Assembly: GCA_964444135.1 (NCBI GenBank)
Contig: CAYUFX010000009.1
Coordinates: 22,737-86,736, forward strand
DNA length: 64,000 nucleotides
From: an uncultured Pirellulales bacterium
GTDB lineage: Bacteria; Planctomycetota; Phycisphaerae; Sedimentisphaerales; Anaerobacaceae
Direction of reading: 5' to 3'
A program made the position numbers and the translations under genes. The notes beneath the pieces were generated by a model. It was not told the DNA's origin. It did no database searches and saw nothing but the letters and a program-made list of their open reading frames with translations. Within the stretch, counting starts at the first letter, position 1. Each line of letters begins with the position of its first letter. Shown in pieces: positions 37,809 through 46,652 of this stretch.

Positions 37809-39424
37809 ATGAAATATAAGAATGTACTTTGTTTATATCCATATTTTAGAGAAACTTCAGCTGCATTGGGCTTCTTTCCTCCTACAGGCTTAGAGTATGT
37901 GGCTACAGCATTAGAAGGTTATGTAAATGAGATAACACTAATTGATTTAAGACAAGAGAGAGAATATCACAATATCGGTGATCTAAGAAATTTTATAAAG
38001 AAAAAAAATAGACCTAACGTGCGTGAGTGTTAACTGGAGCTACTACTTTAAGGATGTGTGTAATCTAATAAACTATTTACCTGATGACATTAAATTTATT
38101 GTTGGTGGACAACATGCTACAGACCACGTGGAAGATATCTTTCAAAAGTGTCCGAATATCGATATAATAGTCAGAGGGGAAGGAGAGGAAACAATACAGC
38201 AAATAGCTCAAGATGTTGACCTTCAAGATATACTTGGTATCTCTTATAGTTGAGTTTCGCACTTTTTATTAGAAGAATCCCTTACGAAATAAGGACTTAC
38301 AAATAATTTGGTAATTTATGCATGTTCGGTAAATCGCTCGAACATTACAAAAATAATTATATTGTCGTGAAATGGCTCATAAGCTTAAAATTACCCAATT
38401 TAACACAATTCAAAAAGTGCGAAAGTTAACTTATAAAAACAATGGCCGTATAATTCATAATCAAAACAGACCTCTTCCACCAGTAGATAATCTTCGTCAT
38501 CCCAATCGCCGGCTTAGAAGGACATCCTACTATATTAAATCAAAAGGTGTAAATTTATCCAATACAGAATTTGATTCCGTACTCACTGCAAGAGGGTGTC
38601 CATATAATTGTAAGTTTTGTACCTTCAATATTAATCCATTAGGACAGAAACGAAATTATTCTGCACGCACGCCTGAATCTGTTGTAGAAGAAATAAAGAG
38701 TTTAGATGCGGGGGTAATCTTTTTCTCAGATGATAATTTCTTTACTAACTTTAAAAGGTCCCAGAGACTATGTGATTTAATTATTGAACAGGGCATAAAT
38801 AAGAAATTCATTGCTCAGGCAAGGCTTGAGATATTTAAGTCTCCTGCTATGTTAAGAAAGGCTGAAAAGGCAGGGTTTAAAATCATGTTAATTGGTGTAG
38901 AATCTCCTCATGACAGGATACTAAAGCAATTAGATAAGGGATTTACATCAAAGGATATCCGCGAGGCCTTCAAAGTCTTGAGGAATTATGCCTTTTATTA
39001 TCACTGCTATTTTATTTATGGAAACATTGGAGAAAGCGAAGAGGAGATGTTATATATCCCCCTATTCGCGAAGGAAATAGGTGCCGACTCGATTTCTTTT
39101 ATGAGACTACAAGTACGAAAGTTCTCTCCTCTTAAGGAAATAATAGAAAAGACACCGGGTTATTACCTGAGTCCAGGTGGCTTTGTATATTCTGATAGAT
39201 ACAGTATAGATGATTTACATCGAATAAAAAAGGATATAAAACGAGCTTTTTACACCCCCTATCAGCTTTATAAGATTATCAGGAAACTGTGTAGAATAAA
39301 ATTTATTACTCTTGTCGACATCTTCGTATTTATTCCACGTTTTCCTGCGCTGCTTTACAGATTAATAGCAAGAGAAATCGAAAAAAAAAGAAGAAAAAGA
39401 AAAAAGTCAGATAATAAAAAGTAA
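37809..39424 (+). pseudogene. B12-binding-domain radical SAM enzyme, disrupted by a frameshift and a MITE insertion
   Basis: Three ORF pieces. 37809-38033 and 38023-38253 form the B12-binding domain (IVRGEGEETI). 38372-39424 carries the radical SAM core (ARGCPYNCKFCTF). The break at the A8 run 38001-38008 needs a 1-nt correction. The break at 38249-38435 is an insertion. Confidence 0.7.
38249..38429. mobile_element. 181-bp MITE inserted in the radical SAM gene, flanked by 6-bp direct repeat CTTATA
   Basis: TIRs GTTGAGTTTCGCACTTTTT / AAAAAGTGCGAAAGTTAA. CTTATA at 38243-38248 and 38430-38435. Removing 38249-38435 restores ...GISYKNNGRIIHN... in frame. Confidence 0.75.
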
Positions 39425-39495
39425 CATACAAATAATCAATATAATAGATGCTGGTTAAAGCTCTTTAAAGTAAGTTGAAGACTAAACTACGACTC

Positions 39496-39831
39496 CTACT
39501 CAATCTTTGCAAGTTTTTCTATGACATATTTAGGAAGGTCACGCTTATCGAAGATAAACTTCTGATGGCTTATTTCTATTCTATTTAGAGCTCCAGTTCT
39601 AATCATTGCAGCTATATCTTTTTGGGCAACATGTTTCCCCCAAAGTTCTGCCAGCTCTTTCTGTGACATTGGTAAGGTTCTGTACTCAGGCGGTATTTCT
39701 TTTGATCGTTCCTCAAGTTTTTTGTCAAGCTCAATTTTCTGCTCCGGCTGCGCTTCCGCTATCCGTTTAACTTCATCCAAACTTGCCTTGGCTTGACCCG
39801 CACGAAATCCCCTAATTTTTGCTTTATACAA
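39496..39831 (-). CDS. Small hypothetical protein, possible DNA-binding (HTH-like) protein
   Basis: 111 aa. The LPMSQKELAELWGKHVAQKDIAAMIRTGAL segment looks HTH-like. No family recognised. Confidence 0.35.
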   Translation of the reverse strand: MYKAKIRGFRAGQAKASLDEVKRIAEAQPEQKIELDKKLEERSKEIPPEYRTLPMSQKELAELWGKHVAQKDIAAMIRTGALNRIEISHQKFIFDKRDLPKYVIEKLAKIE

Positions 39832-39886
39832 TTCAAAAGCTTCGGGATATTCATACCAATCACTCGGCCAATTTCCATTAATGACG

Positions 39887-42800
39887 CTATTTGCTTTTTT
39901 TATTTTGAATTTTTGTGCCGAGCAGCAATATTGGTGCGGCTATTGCAATGGACGAATACGTGCCTATGATGATGCCGAAGCCGATTGCCAGGGTAAAGCC
40001 TCTTAGCCCGGAGCCGCCGAAAATGTACATTATCAGCACAACTATGAATGTTGTGAAGGATGTCAAAATAGTTCTGGAAATAGTCTGGTTAATGCTGTCG
40101 GTGATGACCTGTGGGCTGAGGGAGCGGGCCTTACCGCGGTTTTCCCGAATACGGTCGAAGACGACAATTGTATCATTAAGTGAGTACCCAATGAGTGTCA
40201 GGAAAGCGGCTATCATTGCCAGGTTGATCTTAAAATCTCCGATTAAAAGTTTTTCGCCGATTGGTGACGCTGCGATATAGGTGCAGGCGCTAACAGCGCC
40301 GAGCGTGATGCACACATCATGTACCAGTGCTGTAATGGCGGCAATGCCGTAGCGGACGTTTCCGAATCGAATCCATATATAAGTGACGATTGCAAATAAC
40401 GACAGGACAATGGCAATCAAAGCCCGTTGCTTTTGCTCTGCGCCTACTGAGGGGTCAAATTGCCTTACGCGAGGCAGTGATGCTTCGAGTCTGGCAGCAG
40501 CCAAAACTTTGACCGTTTCGTTTTCAACGAACTGTGTCCATTCATCCTCGGTTAGTTCGCGAAAACCCGCCTCCTGTTCTGCGCTTATGTAAACAAAAGA
40601 ATCTTCGGGCTGGTTTGGTTCTGCCGTAGTTAGATTTGAGCCAAGAATTATATAGGGATACCGATTGAGGTTTTGCGTATCGGGCTTGAATTGCAAGGCG
40701 TTTAATCTTTGGTTGATATCCTCTAACGTGGCAGGTCGCTCAATTTCACATTCGAGCTTGACCCCGCCCAGAAAATCAGCCAGTTCGGGGTAAGAGCCTA
40801 TCAGCTCTTCGGATATTTTTTCCTGGGAGGTGATTTTGGGTTGAAGATTTTGTTGAATTTCCAGATCATCTGTGAAAGCAGCTAATATTGCGTTATTGAC
40901 AACCTCATCAATCCGTGGTTCTGATATATTGGCCTCAGGAATCTCGGGAAAAGCTGCTGTCAGCACATCTTTGACCAGCGATTGGTTCATCTGGCTCGTT
41001 GTTATTACGAATTGCGCGGGGTTGGCAGTGTCCTGTGTTACGAGCAGATTTTGTAGCTCGCCGCCAAATTTCGCTTGGGTCTCTGTGATTATTGAGGAAA
41101 GCTCCTCAGGTGTTTGCTGGGTGGATTGTGGGAAGGTGATTGTAACCGTCATTTTGTTTGTTTCCGTGGTGTTGATTTCATATTGCTTGTCTGATTGTCC
41201 GATGCTGTAAACGTTTGCCGCTGCAAGAGCAGGATTTTTTAAATCGGTCCCGATTTTATGGATTCTGTCTTCCACCTCCTGCCGGCTCAGCGGTTGTTTT
41301 AGATTTATCTGGACGCTCGTTCCGCCGGTGAACTCGATATCGTATTTATTGTTCTTCGCATCATCTCTTGTAAAGAATACAGTCAGCCCTCCTGCAATCA
41401 GCACAATTGAGATGCAGAAGAAAATCGGTCTGGAGCGCATCCAGTTTACGTTCGGCTTGTGTATGAGGCGCAGCATTAATAAATGGTCTTTGATAATTCG
41501 CCTGGATAAGAGGAAATCGAATATTACACGCGTAACAAACAACGCGGTGAACATACTGGATGCGATACCGAGCATAAGCACAATAGCAAAGCCTCTTACT
41601 TCTTCCGATGCGCGCCAGTAAAGAATCGCAGCGGTAATGAATGTAGTCAGGTTCGCATCTAAAATTGTTCTGAATGCCCTTTGGTAGCCGTTCGTTATGG
41701 CGATTCTCAGAGACGAGCCTTTCAACTGTTCTTCGCGGATTCTTTCAAAAACCAGGACGTTGGCATCGACACTCATACCGATGGTTAGTATGATGCCCGC
41801 GATTCCGGGCAGTGTGAAAGTTGCTCGCACACCTGCCATTATTGCCAAGACGAAAAGCATATTCAGAAGCAGTGCCACGTCTGCGATTGAGCCGGCTAAG
41901 CAATAGTAAATCGCCATACATGCTACGACCGCCGCGAGACCGATGAAACCGGCTTTGATGCCCTGGTCGCGGTTGTCGGCGCCGATGGAAGGCCCTATCG
42001 TATTTACGGAGATGGGCTGCTCTATCAGACGGGCGGGCAAAGAGCCGGCGTTTAGTTTGTTGACCATATCCTCGACCTGGGTTTGAGTGAAGCTGCCGGT
42101 TATTATTCCCTGTCCGCGTATCCTCTCGCTAATACTTGGTGCCGATATTGCAATTGAGTCGAGCAGGATACAGAGTGGCCGCCCAACGTTTTGGCCCGTA
42201 ACATTAGCGAATAACTTTCCGCCTTTTCCATCTAATGTAAAGCCGATAGCTCTTCGGCCCATGTTGTCGGTTGTCGGATTGGATCTCTCCAGTTTCCAGT
42301 CCCTTTCGCCTGGGCGGTGCAGCATGGCTTCATTTGTATTGTTGCTTGCTAAAACATAATATTTGTCACCGAATTGTGCAGCAATTGAAGGCCGCTTATC
42401 TTTGTCCACTACATTCCATTCATCGATATTTTCTATTTCACACCATACATAATGGGCGTCTGAGGCGTATTTAGGCCCTTTTTCCCTGAGTCTTTCCACA
42501 TAGCCGGCCATCTGGTCCATATCTATGCTCGGATGTCCCTGTGTTGGAAGTACTCTATACTCGAGTATTCCGGCGCCTTTGAGCATTCGCTGCAGGTCCT
42601 TGGGGTCGTCGAGTCTGCCTCTGAAAGGACGATACTCGTCAAATGCCGACACGACGTTGTTAATTTCATCAACCCGGGCCGGGAAATTGGTTTTGAGCTT
42701 TTCTATTTCTTCTTCGCGTCTTGGTGCTCTGGCGGCCATTTCCAGGCAAAAGTTTAACTGGTCCGTAGTGAGGTTTAATTGGTCGATGCTCCTTATTGCC

Positions 42801-43561
42801 TCTTTGTATTTGGCGTTTTTATCCGGGTCGGTCAACTGATTCACGACTGTGGACCACTCGGTGTAGGTTTTAACATAACCGGTTAGAAGCTCGATATTAT
42901 CATTAACATCTGTGAATGCTTTTAGTGAATCGGCCAGTTGTTGTTCATTTAGTTTGGCCCAATTGGTTCTATTTTTGTTTATCTTCTCGAGCTCAAGTCC
43001 GGCCGATGACATCTTGTCTTCGGCAGTTTTGAGTTTGTTGTCGAGCTCATCCCTTTTATTTTGCAGGTCCTTGCGCTCGTCATAAACTGTGGCAAGGATT
43101 TCGAGGATTGACAGCCTGTTGGGGTCGGCCTGTGCAAAATCCTTAAAAGCCTCGGCTCGCTCTTCTACCGGCATATCGAGGGACCGCATAATCTTGGAAC
43201 GGCTTACGTTTTTGTCTAACAGCTCATCTAAAGCACTTTCGTAATTTTGCCGTTTCAAACGAGCTTCTGCACTTGCCAAGGGCATTTGTATCTCGAAGCG
43301 TGTGCTGCCCTGCGGCCGCCATACGAGGTTTTGGATGTTGGCAGGGTCTATTCGTCTTCGCAGAACGGTTATCATTCTCTGAGCTAAGTCTTTTTTCTCC
43401 GCTTCTTGTAAGCCGTGCGTATCAATTTCATAAATAAGACTTGTCCCGCCTGCAAGGTCGATGCCGGGCTTCAAGGTCTTGCTTGGCGGATATAAAGTCC
43501 AGACTGCAACCACTATTAAAACAATAATTAAAACTAATTTGGGCGTCAGATTCTTACTCAT
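39887..43561 (-). CDS. secDF: Fused protein translocase subunit SecDF with greatly expanded periplasmic domain
   Basis: 1224 aa. N-terminus LKPGIDLAGGTSLIYEID (SecD). Two 6-TM blocks. FTGGTSVQINL marks the start of the SecF part. Confidence 0.9.
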   Translation of the reverse strand: MSKNLTPKLVLIIVLIVVAVWTLYPPSKTLKPGIDLAGGTSLIYEIDTHGLQEAEKKDLAQRMITVLRRRIDPANIQNLVWRPQGSTRFEIQMPLASAEARLKRQNYESALDELLDKNVSRSKIMRSLDMPVEERAEAFKDFAQADPNRLSILEILATVYDERKDLQNKRDELDNKLKTAEDKMSSAGLELEKINKNRTNWAKLNEQQLADSLKAFTDVNDNIELLTGYVKTYTEWSTVVNQLTDPDKNAKYKEAIRSIDQLNLTTDQLNFCLEMAARAPRREEEIEKLKTNFPARVDEINNVVSAFDEYRPFRGRLDDPKDLQRMLKGAGILEYRVLPTQGHPSIDMDQMAGYVERLREKGPKYASDAHYVWCEIENIDEWNVVDKDKRPSIAAQFGDKYYVLASNNTNEAMLHRPGERDWKLERSNPTTDNMGRRAIGFTLDGKGGKLFANVTGQNVGRPLCILLDSIAISAPSISERIRGQGIITGSFTQTQVEDMVNKLNAGSLPARLIEQPISVNTIGPSIGADNRDQGIKAGFIGLAAVVACMAIYYCLAGSIADVALLLNMLFVLAIMAGVRATFTLPGIAGIILTIGMSVDANVLVFERIREEQLKGSSLRIAITNGYQRAFRTILDANLTTFITAAILYWRASEEVRGFAIVLMLGIASSMFTALFVTRVIFDFLLSRRIIKDHLLMLRLIHKPNVNWMRSRPIFFCISIVLIAGGLTVFFTRDDAKNNKYDIEFTGGTSVQINLKQPLSRQEVEDRIHKIGTDLKNPALAAANVYSIGQSDKQYEINTTETNKMTVTITFPQSTQQTPEELSSIITETQAKFGGELQNLLVTQDTANPAQFVITTSQMNQSLVKDVLTAAFPEIPEANISEPRIDEVVNNAILAAFTDDLEIQQNLQPKITSQEKISEELIGSYPELADFLGGVKLECEIERPATLEDINQRLNALQFKPDTQNLNRYPYIILGSNLTTAEPNQPEDSFVYISAEQEAGFRELTEDEWTQFVENETVKVLAAARLEASLPRVRQFDPSVGAEQKQRALIAIVLSLFAIVTYIWIRFGNVRYGIAAITALVHDVCITLGAVSACTYIAASPIGEKLLIGDFKINLAMIAAFLTLIGYSLNDTIVVFDRIRENRGKARSLSPQVITDSINQTISRTILTSFTTFIVVLIMYIFGGSGLRGFTLAIGFGIIIGTYSSIAIAAPILLLGTKIQNKKSK

Positions 43562-43602
43562 AACTTCCTCGATATTGGTTAAATGGTAATTGGTTATCAG
43601 GA

Positions 43603-43657
43603 AAGTGCCTAAAGTGAGCTAAAGTGAACTAAAGTGATTTCCAAACTTTAGGCACTT
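43603..43657. repeat. 13-bp perfect inverted repeat (AAGTGCCTAAAGT / ACTTTAGGCACTT) enclosing 3 x 10-bp tandem CTAAAGTGAN
   Basis: Read directly from the sequence. It lies in the yajC-secDF spacer inside a larger palindromic region (43585-43708, GGTAATTGGT / ACCAATTACC). Confidence 0.75.
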
Positions 43658-43714
43658 CAAACTTACCTGTGGCACGAGTTAGTTCACTTATTCCACTCAC
43701 CAATTACCTAATTC

Positions 43715-44137
43715 TTAATCTTTCGACACATTCCTGCCGATCGCTGAAGATATTACTTTGATTTTCGTATTATTCGACTCATCAACTTTCAGTGTAACTT
43801 CATCACCCTTAATATCGACAACGGTTCCGATAATACCCCCGATTGTTCTGACTTTATCGTTTTTTGCCAGGGTTTGGACCATTTGTTTGTGCTGTTGTTG
43901 TTTCTTTCGAGGCCCTCTAAAAAGAATCATGTACATCAGCAGGAACATCACGCCAAGAAAAATCAGGTTTCCATAAGAGCCCAGAGGGCTTTTTCTTGGT
44001 GGTCTGGCCCCAGGGGTGTTGGGGTCGGCTGCGACCGTTGTCGTTGTTGTTGTCTCTTCCGTAGTGACCGGTTCTGATGTAATGGTAGAAGGCGTCTCGC
44101 TGCTTTCTGCTTGTGCCAATATCCATACATTGTTCAT
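43715..44137 (-). CDS. yajC: Preprotein translocase subunit YajC (with Thr/Pro-rich N-terminal extension)
   Basis: 140 aa. KVRTIGGIIGTVVDIKGDEVTLKVDE...IKV is the YajC core. Confidence 0.85.
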   Translation of the reverse strand: MNNVWILAQAESSETPSTITSEPVTTEETTTTTTVAADPNTPGARPPRKSPLGSYGNLIFLGVMFLLMYMILFRGPRKKQQQHKQMVQTLAKNDKVRTIGGIIGTVVDIKGDEVTLKVDESNNTKIKVISSAIGRNVSKD

Positions 44138-44190
44138 TTTCGTTTTCCTTTAATGATTGATTACTTGATTATTTGCAAGATGTTAGATTA

Positions 44191-44225
44191 TCAATAATCA
44201 ATAGTCAATAATCAATAGTCAATTC
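44191..44225 (-). repeat. Heptanucleotide array (minus-strand sense: GAATTGA CTATTGA TTATTGA CTATTGA TTATTGA)
   Basis: 5 x 7 nt. It overlaps the last four codons and stop of tgt. 27 nt are identical to the reverse complement of 56204-56230. Confidence 0.85.
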
Positions 44226-45306
44226 TTTCTGCCCGGTCGGCAAATTCGTTTCTATTTATGGCCTGCCTGATTCTAACCATTAGCCTCTGATAAAATGTTA
44301 GATTGTGTAGTGATACTAAGATCGGGCCGAGCATTTCTCCCGAATTAAAGAAATGTCTTAAGGCGGCCCGGCTGAAATTCCTGCAGCAGTAACAGTCGCA
44401 ATCGGCTTCAATTGGTCTGGCGTCATTTATATGTTCATTGTTCCTCAATCGCAAGGGGCCGTTGTCCGTGAAAGCAAAGGCATTTCGTCCGTTTCTGGTT
44501 GGCAGGACACAATCGAACATATCGACTCCCGCCTTGACGGCGGCAATGATATCCGCCGGTGTGCCCACACCCATAAGGTAACGGGGTTTATCCTGCGGCA
44601 AAAGCTGCGTTGTATGGGTAACCGTTTTTATCATATTCTCGTGCCCCTCACCTACACTTAAACCGCCGATAGCGTACCCGTCGAAACCTGTTTTGACAAG
44701 TTCTGATGCGCAGTATGTTCGCAGCTCAAGGTCTATTCCACCCTGGGCAATAGCAAAGAGCAATTGGTTGGGATTAGTATGAGCCTTTTTAGCGCGCTTT
44801 GCCCAGAGGATGGTTCTATTGACAGCTTTTTGAAGCTGTGGAGTGGCGATGGGAAATGGAGTGCACTCATCGAAGCACGTTATTATATCGGCACCTAATC
44901 GATTTTGGATTTCTGTTGCGATTTCAGCGTTCAGGTATATTTTTGCTCCGTCAACATGGCTGGCAAATTCAACGCCATCATCATCGATTTTCGTCAGCGG
45001 GCTTAGAGAGAACACCTGGTATCCGCCGCTGTCTGTCAGTATCGGTCCGTCCCAGGCCATAAATTTATGCAGTCCGCCAAGTTTTTCGACCACATCAACT
45101 CCCGGCCGGAGCAATAAATGGTAGGTATTGGCTAAGACAAGTTCGGAACCGGTTTCCTGGAGCTGCTGCGGCGTGATACCTTTTACCGCCCCGGCGGTGG
45201 CAACAGGCATAAAAACGGGAGTTTCGACCTCTCCGTGCGCGGTTGTTAATAGCCCAAGCCTCGCTGCCGAGTGGGTATCTGTATGGAGAATTTGGAAGTT
45301 ACTCAT
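44212..45306 (-). CDS. tgt: tRNA-guanine transglycosylase (queuine tRNA-ribosyltransferase)
   Basis: MSNFQILHTDTHSAARLGLLTTAHGEVETPVFMPVAT...ANTYHLLLRPG. I chose ATG 45306 (1 nt after the spoIID-like stop) over the track start 45459, which would overlap the upstream gene by 150 nt. Confidence 0.9.
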   Translation of the reverse strand: MSNFQILHTDTHSAARLGLLTTAHGEVETPVFMPVATAGAVKGITPQQLQETGSELVLANTYHLLLRPGVDVVEKLGGLHKFMAWDGPILTDSGGYQVFSLSPLTKIDDDGVEFASHVDGAKIYLNAEIATEIQNRLGADIITCFDECTPFPIATPQLQKAVNRTILWAKRAKKAHTNPNQLLFAIAQGGIDLELRTYCASELVKTGFDGYAIGGLSVGEGHENMIKTVTHTTQLLPQDKPRYLMGVGTPADIIAAVKAGVDMFDCVLPTRNGRNAFAFTDNGPLRLRNNEHINDARPIEADCDCYCCRNFSRAALRHFFNSGEMLGPILVSLHNLTFYQRLMVRIRQAINRNEFADRAERIDY

Positions 45307-45307
45307 C

Positions 45308-46648
45308 TCAATAAACACTAATAATCTTGGAATCCGGATAATAATAGGAAAGTATCTGCTTTGCGTTTTTACCTTGTCTTGCCATTCCTTCAGCGCCGCA
45401 TTGGCACATTCCAACGCCGTGGCCCCAACCTCTGCCCGATAAAAACGCCCATTTTTCACCCCATTTGACGATTTGGCAGATGGTGCTTCTCAATTTTCGC
45501 CCGCTCGGGTCGATTGCCAGACGAAAATCCTCAGCTCTTAGAAAATCGCTTTTGCCGCTTGAGCCGGAGAGCTCAACTTTAGTCAGTCGAGAAAATTCTG
45601 TATAGTTACTTTGCGCGGCGGGACTGAAATTTGTGATTTCCCCGAGCTGTTTTAGATTCGGATACCTTCGTAACAGTCTGTTTATAACATAAGTATTATC
45701 GAATTGAATCATGGGCCAGAAGAAAAATTTCGGTCTGGCCACGTTCCTGCAGTAGGGGCAGGGCACGCCGATTAGCGGCTCAAAGGAATCACCGAATACG
45801 TTTTTACTATTTTCGGTATGCCCGCCGCAGGTTGAGCTATAGTAGGCCGGAAAGATGTCTTCTGTGCCGTCGGTTTGTTTACAGACAAGGACCTGGCCTT
45901 TTGTTTGATTGACGGCGTCCCAAATCTGATTGGACTCGGCGCTGACGCCGCGATAGACCTGATGTGCCGCTGTTTTTTTCATGTCCCAGGTATGGTTGCC
46001 GCCGAACTGCTTTTTGATGTAGAAGCAATAGGTCCTTGCCGCGATTGCCTGGGCCTTGAGCGCCTCAGGTTCCCAGTAGCTGGGCATCTCGGCACCTACT
46101 ACGCCGGCTAAATACGCGTCAGGTGGAACCAGATTAATAGCGTCGAAAGTGCCGCCGTCGGGATTGATTATCAGCTTTAATTTGCCGCGATAAGCGTCAC
46201 CGTTCAGCTTGAAGATGTACGGCTCATCCGGGAAAATAATTACCTCATCATTCATAAAGGGCCGACCACCGATGGTGATTTCGCCGTTAATTAACCGGAT
46301 GCTTATCGGCGCATCGATTTGGTCAAAGCGGGCCGTTGGGAGCTGTGTTTGCAGGTTGGGGTCGTCGGTAATGCTGAATGACGAGGCAATCTTCAGCGTG
46401 CAGGCTTCGGCTTTGTCGAGCAGCAGGACCTTTACCCAAAACTGTGGTTCGATATCCATCTGGGGACTGGGCGTTGTGAGCTGCCGCCTCTTACAGCCGC
46501 TCAGAATTACCAGCGATAGGAAGAGGGTTACTGCTTTGCCGTTCGAGATTCGAAAATTCCGTCCCGCCGAGACCTTCCGCGATACATTTTCAGTAGGGTT
46601 TGCTGTCAATTGAATGGTGGTGGACAATATCAATTTCCCTGATACCAA
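45308..46648 (-). CDS. SpoIID/LytB domain protein (lipobox LSGC)
   Basis: 446 aa with AQAIAARTY, YSSTCGGHTE and GHGVGMCQCGA motifs. Confidence 0.8.
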   Translation of the reverse strand: MVSGKLILSTTIQLTANPTENVSRKVSAGRNFRISNGKAVTLFLSLVILSGCKRRQLTTPSPQMDIEPQFWVKVLLLDKAEACTLKIASSFSITDDPNLQTQLPTARFDQIDAPISIRLINGEITIGGRPFMNDEVIIFPDEPYIFKLNGDAYRGKLKLIINPDGGTFDAINLVPPDAYLAGVVGAEMPSYWEPEALKAQAIAARTYCFYIKKQFGGNHTWDMKKTAAHQVYRGVSAESNQIWDAVNQTKGQVLVCKQTDGTEDIFPAYYSSTCGGHTENSKNVFGDSFEPLIGVPCPYCRNVARPKFFFWPMIQFDNTYVINRLLRRYPNLKQLGEITNFSPAAQSNYTEFSRLTKVELSGSSGKSDFLRAEDFRLAIDPSGRKLRSTICQIVKWGEKWAFLSGRGWGHGVGMCQCGAEGMARQGKNAKQILSYYYPDSKIISVY

Positions 46649-46652
46649 TCAG

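Noticed and set aside
45307-45459. N-terminal 51-aa extension of tgt in the ORF track
   Set aside because: It would overlap the SpoIID-like gene by about 150 nt. Tgt homology begins at MSNFQILH (ATG 45306), 1 nt after the upstream stop.
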